A stretch of DNA of 64,000 bases from an uncultured Thermotogae bacterium (GTDB lineage Bacteria > Bipolaricaulota > Bipolaricaulia > CAYUCE01): positions 577-64,576 of the forward strand of contig CAYUCE010000001.1 in the NCBI GenBank assembly GCA_964443275.1, given 5' to 3'. Positions 61,211 through 64,000 of the stretch are shown here, one piece after another. A model generated the notes under the pieces. It searched no databases and was not told where the DNA came from. It saw only the letters and a program-made list of their open reading frames with translations. The number at the start of each line of letters is the position of its first letter. The stretch's first letter is position 1. The position numbers and the translations under genes were made by a program.

Positions 61211-62287
61211 TTAATTCCCGTTACCCCCGTTACCCTTAACCACGTACTGATTCAATTCATCCTCAGAGTTAAAAGGAGCCACATTAATCCTAAAAGTTTC
61301 ACTTTGCTTCTCAAAGCGATAATTAGCTTGTACGTTTCTGGTTCCTTTTATCGAACTGTGAGCTACGGAAATTTTGGCGGTAAGCTCGATAATATTCTGA
61401 ATTTCGGGATTTGACTTCTTTCCCCAATTCGTCCTTACTAAGGCCATGGGACCATCGTGGGTGGGAATATAAAGTCTTAAGTCTTCCGGTAAAAAGAAAT
61501 TTTGAAGCCTTCTCTTTTCCTCATCATCCTTTCCCAGCACTATCTTCACATCGGGGGGCTTTTTATAATACAGATCAAATTCCAAAAGCTCCAAAGCGTT
61601 CATGGTGAAGTGATCTTCTTTGAAAAGATCCTCCAAACGCCTACCGAAATCCTCTTGAGTAAGCTTACATCTTTCCTCGGCGGGAAATCCCTGAACCGAC
61701 ATTCCCCACTTCCTTACTAACTTTGGCACCTTATCCATATCCCGGTCTGTAAAATCTTTCATGTTTTCTCGCTTGATCCAACCCACCCTCTCCGGGAAAG
61801 TGGGCGGAAGAAGGCGACCGGAAAGAGGCCTGACTACCATATCCTCAAGACCGATCTGCTCGGGGATGCAAATTAGATCTCTTTCACTTAAATTCCTTTT
61901 CCCTATCACCGCCCCGGTAACTATAAAGTCGGCCCCCACCTTCTTCATATACCGGTAGGCGTTTCTTAATATCAACCGCCTGCAACCGATACAACTGTTT
62001 TTTAGTTTGAAAGTCCCACCTTTTTGAATGTTGGAAAGTTCACGGAATTCTTTTTTGACTGATTGACTTCTAAAACTGATTTTTTTCCCCCACAGTCCTC
62101 TAGCCATCTCCTTTATCCTATCATAATCCCGGAAAAAGGGTGACCTAAAGTAAAGCAGCTTGACTTCATCGACCCCTTCCTCTTTCATAATCAGTTTAGT
62201 TGCCGCCAGGCTCGGTAGGCTTCCAGAGAAAAGAGATATGGCTTTTACCATCTTTCCCTCCTCAAGCTTCATAACAAAAAAGTTCAA
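61211..62287 (-). CDS. PP-loop (adenine-nucleotide alpha-hydrolase) superfamily protein with divergent P-loop, possible tRNA-thiolation-type enzyme
   Basis: SLFSGSLPSLAA aligns to the SGGxDS PP-loop but the Asp is absent. CIGC and RPLSG motifs are as in TilS/TtcA/MnmA-type enzymes. An extra ~150 aa C-terminal domain is of unknown function. Confidence 0.5.
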   Translation of the reverse strand: MNFFVMKLEEGKMVKAISLFSGSLPSLAATKLIMKEEGVDEVKLLYFRSPFFRDYDRIKEMARGLWGKKISFRSQSVKKEFRELSNIQKGGTFKLKNSCIGCRRLILRNAYRYMKKVGADFIVTGAVIGKRNLSERDLICIPEQIGLEDMVVRPLSGRLLPPTFPERVGWIKRENMKDFTDRDMDKVPKLVRKWGMSVQGFPAEERCKLTQEDFGRRLEDLFKEDHFTMNALELLEFDLYYKKPPDVKIVLGKDDEEKRRLQNFFLPEDLRLYIPTHDGPMALVRTNWGKKSNPEIQNIIELTAKISVAHSSIKGTRNVQANYRFEKQSETFRINVAPFNSEDELNQYVVKGNGGNGN

Positions 62288-62298
62288 CGGATTGAGGC

Positions 62299-62820
62299 TT
62301 AGTACACAGGTTCAAGAATTTCGTAGTTGCCATCATCTAGTTGGTGAGCAACCGATATACTATCTCTCTCTGAATCCATAAAAATTAAAAACTTATACTG
62401 ATTGTTTTCTAACTTTATTATTGCTTCTTTTGGCGTCATCGGTTTCTCCAAATTCACTTGACGCCGTTCAACCTGATCTGAATCTCCGGATGCCGTTTCC
62501 TCAACAGCAATTTCAACATCCGACGGTAAATCCTTATCCGTTATCTTACCTTTATACTTTTTGATCTGCCTTTTGATCTTATCCAAGGCACTATCTACAG
62601 ATACGTACAAATCCTCGGACTCAGCAGTTGCTTTCACGATCTTATTCTTAATTAGGTGAGCAACTATTTCGCACAACTGTCTTTCCTTTTCTACTTCTAA
62701 AGTAATATCAACGGATATTATTCCGTTGAAATAGCGCCCTAATTTCCTTACCTTGGCAACTGCGTAATCTCTTAAAGCGTCACTTACCTGTATATTCCGC
62801 TCAGTTACATTTATCTTCAA
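62299..62820 (-). CDS. hpf: Ribosome hibernation-promoting factor (long HPF/RaiA form)
   Basis: MKINVTERNIQVSDALRDYAVAKVRKL N-terminal S30AE domain plus a C-terminal dimerisation domain; 173 aa. Confidence 0.85.
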   Translation of the reverse strand: MKINVTERNIQVSDALRDYAVAKVRKLGRYFNGIISVDITLEVEKERQLCEIVAHLIKNKIVKATAESEDLYVSVDSALDKIKRQIKKYKGKITDKDLPSDVEIAVEETASGDSDQVERRQVNLEKPMTPKEAIIKLENNQYKFLIFMDSERDSISVAHQLDDGNYEILEPVY

Positions 62821-62850
62821 TTTCTATCTTTAGTTTTCTCTCTATTCCTC

Positions 62851-62880
62851 TAAAAACATGATAACATAAAACCCTAAGCT
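62851..62880 (-). promoter_or_regulatory. Candidate sigma70-like promoter for hpf
   Basis: The reverse strand has TTGACT, a 17-nt spacer and TATCAT about 30-60 nt upstream of the hpf start. Coordinates are approximate. Confidence 0.3.
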
Positions 62881-63110
62881 AGTCAAGAAGGGAATTTTAA
62901 TGTGGCTAGAACATAGTACAGGAAGGGATTTCGTGAGATGAGCCGCTCACCACAATCCAGCGTTTCCAAACGGCCAAGTGATAAAATTAAAAAAATAAAA
63001 TCTAATATCTAGCACAAACTTCTAAATTTATTTAAATCTAGTCCTAACTCGTGCGATTCTCTCCATAATATTCAACATCTAAGACACAAAACCAAATTGC
63101 TCTAGTTTAC

Positions 63111-63232
63111 CCAGCACTCAGATGAGTTACCTTACCTGGGTCAAGTACTTTTCGATTTCTACATAATAGTCTACCTTAACGGTTCAACGGTCGCTCATCT
63201 TCTTCAAGTAACTTTCCTCATCTGAGTGCTGG
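63111..63232. repeat. CCAGCACT-stem hairpin element, copy 4
   Basis: CCAGCACTCAGATGAG (63111-63126) pairs with CTCATCTGAGTGCTGG (63217-63232), 16 bp, loop 90 nt. Lies 79 nt after the rhomboid stop and upstream of the hpf promoter. Confidence 0.6.
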
Positions 63233-63310
63233 ACCAATTTCCCGTTGTCAAAAACTTTTACGGATAACCCTGCTTGTTATCCACACCGTAAGAAAACCGC
63301 TCAAATTAGG

Positions 63311-63970
63311 TTAGTATCTTTTAGTGAAAATATCCAGAGCTACATCATCTCTTTTGAACAGATATATCCACAAGGCCCCGGCCACAAATCCGCCAACGTG
63401 AGCAAAAAACGCCACCCCTCCGGCACTCGCTGCCAGCGTAGACCCGCTTAAAAGTTGGAATATAAACCATATTCCCAAAAGAAGTACCGCCGGTACCTCC
63501 ACAATGCGGATAAAAAAGAAGAAGAATATTAAAGTCAGAATTCGAGATTGAGGATAAAGAAGAAAATAAGCTCCCAATACACCGGCGATCGCCCCGCTGG
63601 CCCCAATAATGGGGATCTGGCTGTTTACACTTATTGCTATTTGTGCCCAGGCGGCAACTAGACCACAGCCAAAATAGAAAAATATAAACCGGAAATGTCC
63701 CAATTTGTCTTCCACGTTATCCCCAAATATCCACAGGTAAAGCATATTCCCACCTAGATGAAAGACCCCCCCGTGCAAAAACATGGAGCTAAAGAGTGGA
63801 AACCAAAACGGAAAAGGTATAAGCGGCTTAAAGTCTTGAAAGCTGGTGATTTCTTTGGGGATGACCCCGTAGGAGTAAATTAGAAGCTGCTCTTTAGTAA
63901 GCCTGGCCATACCTTGGGCGGTCTCTACAACCACAGCCTCCGAACCCTGGGTTAACTGATATAAATACAT
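63311..63970 (-). CDS. Rhomboid-family intramembrane serine protease
   Basis: GASGAIAGVLGAYF catalytic Ser motif in TM4 and AHVGGFVAG catalytic His in TM6; 6 TM helices. Confidence 0.85.
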   Translation of the reverse strand: MYLYQLTQGSEAVVVETAQGMARLTKEQLLIYSYGVIPKEITSFQDFKPLIPFPFWFPLFSSMFLHGGVFHLGGNMLYLWIFGDNVEDKLGHFRFIFFYFGCGLVAAWAQIAISVNSQIPIIGASGAIAGVLGAYFLLYPQSRILTLIFFFFFIRIVEVPAVLLLGIWFIFQLLSGSTLAASAGGVAFFAHVGGFVAGALWIYLFKRDDVALDIFTKRY

Positions 63971-64000
63971 TAGGGCATTAATTACAATTATTGCTATCGT

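Overview
This is a bacterial chromosomal window; the ribosomal protein genes are of the bacterial type (L16, L17, IF-1, RpoA). The content suggests an anaerobic, possibly thermophilic lineage: pyruvate:ferredoxin oxidoreductase porGDAB, hydrogenase maturation hypBAF, an archaeal-type tungstate transporter wtpABC, a CDC48/VAT ATPase, and a candidate cyclic-2,3-diphosphoglycerate-synthetase-like gene.

The first ~35 kb is a mixed housekeeping and accessory region. It holds a 5'-truncated HtrA protease, a PiT phosphate permease, tRNA-Ser(TGA), an amino-acid ABC transporter, a site-2 protease with CBS domains, and a DUF763-like helix-hairpin-helix protein. It also holds an XRE-TOBE regulator, a solitary Cas6 with no CRISPR array or other cas genes, and two secreted proteins, one of them Cys/Trp-rich. 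Further along are an alkyltransferase-like/endonuclease V fusion, an Hsp20-CDC48 gene pair, holA, HAD, MBL and NUDIX hydrolases, an S1 protein, a NitT/TauT-type ABC transporter and nadK.

From ~35.3 to 58.5 kb on the minus strand lies a near-complete str/S10/spc/alpha ribosomal super-operon running rpoC through rplQ (full gene order is in the features list). The track missed rpmJ. There is no tuf, no rpmD and no adjacent rpoB.

The last 5 kb carries an FmdB zinc-ribbon gene, a UvrD/PcrA helicase, a divergent PP-loop ATPase, HPF and a rhomboid protease.

The most unusual non-coding signal is a family of at least four dispersed long-loop hairpins sharing a CCAGCACT/AGTGCTGG stem base. All sit just 3' of genes. 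One follows the orphan cas6, and two end immediately at the Shine-Dalgarno of the next gene (hypB and rpoA).
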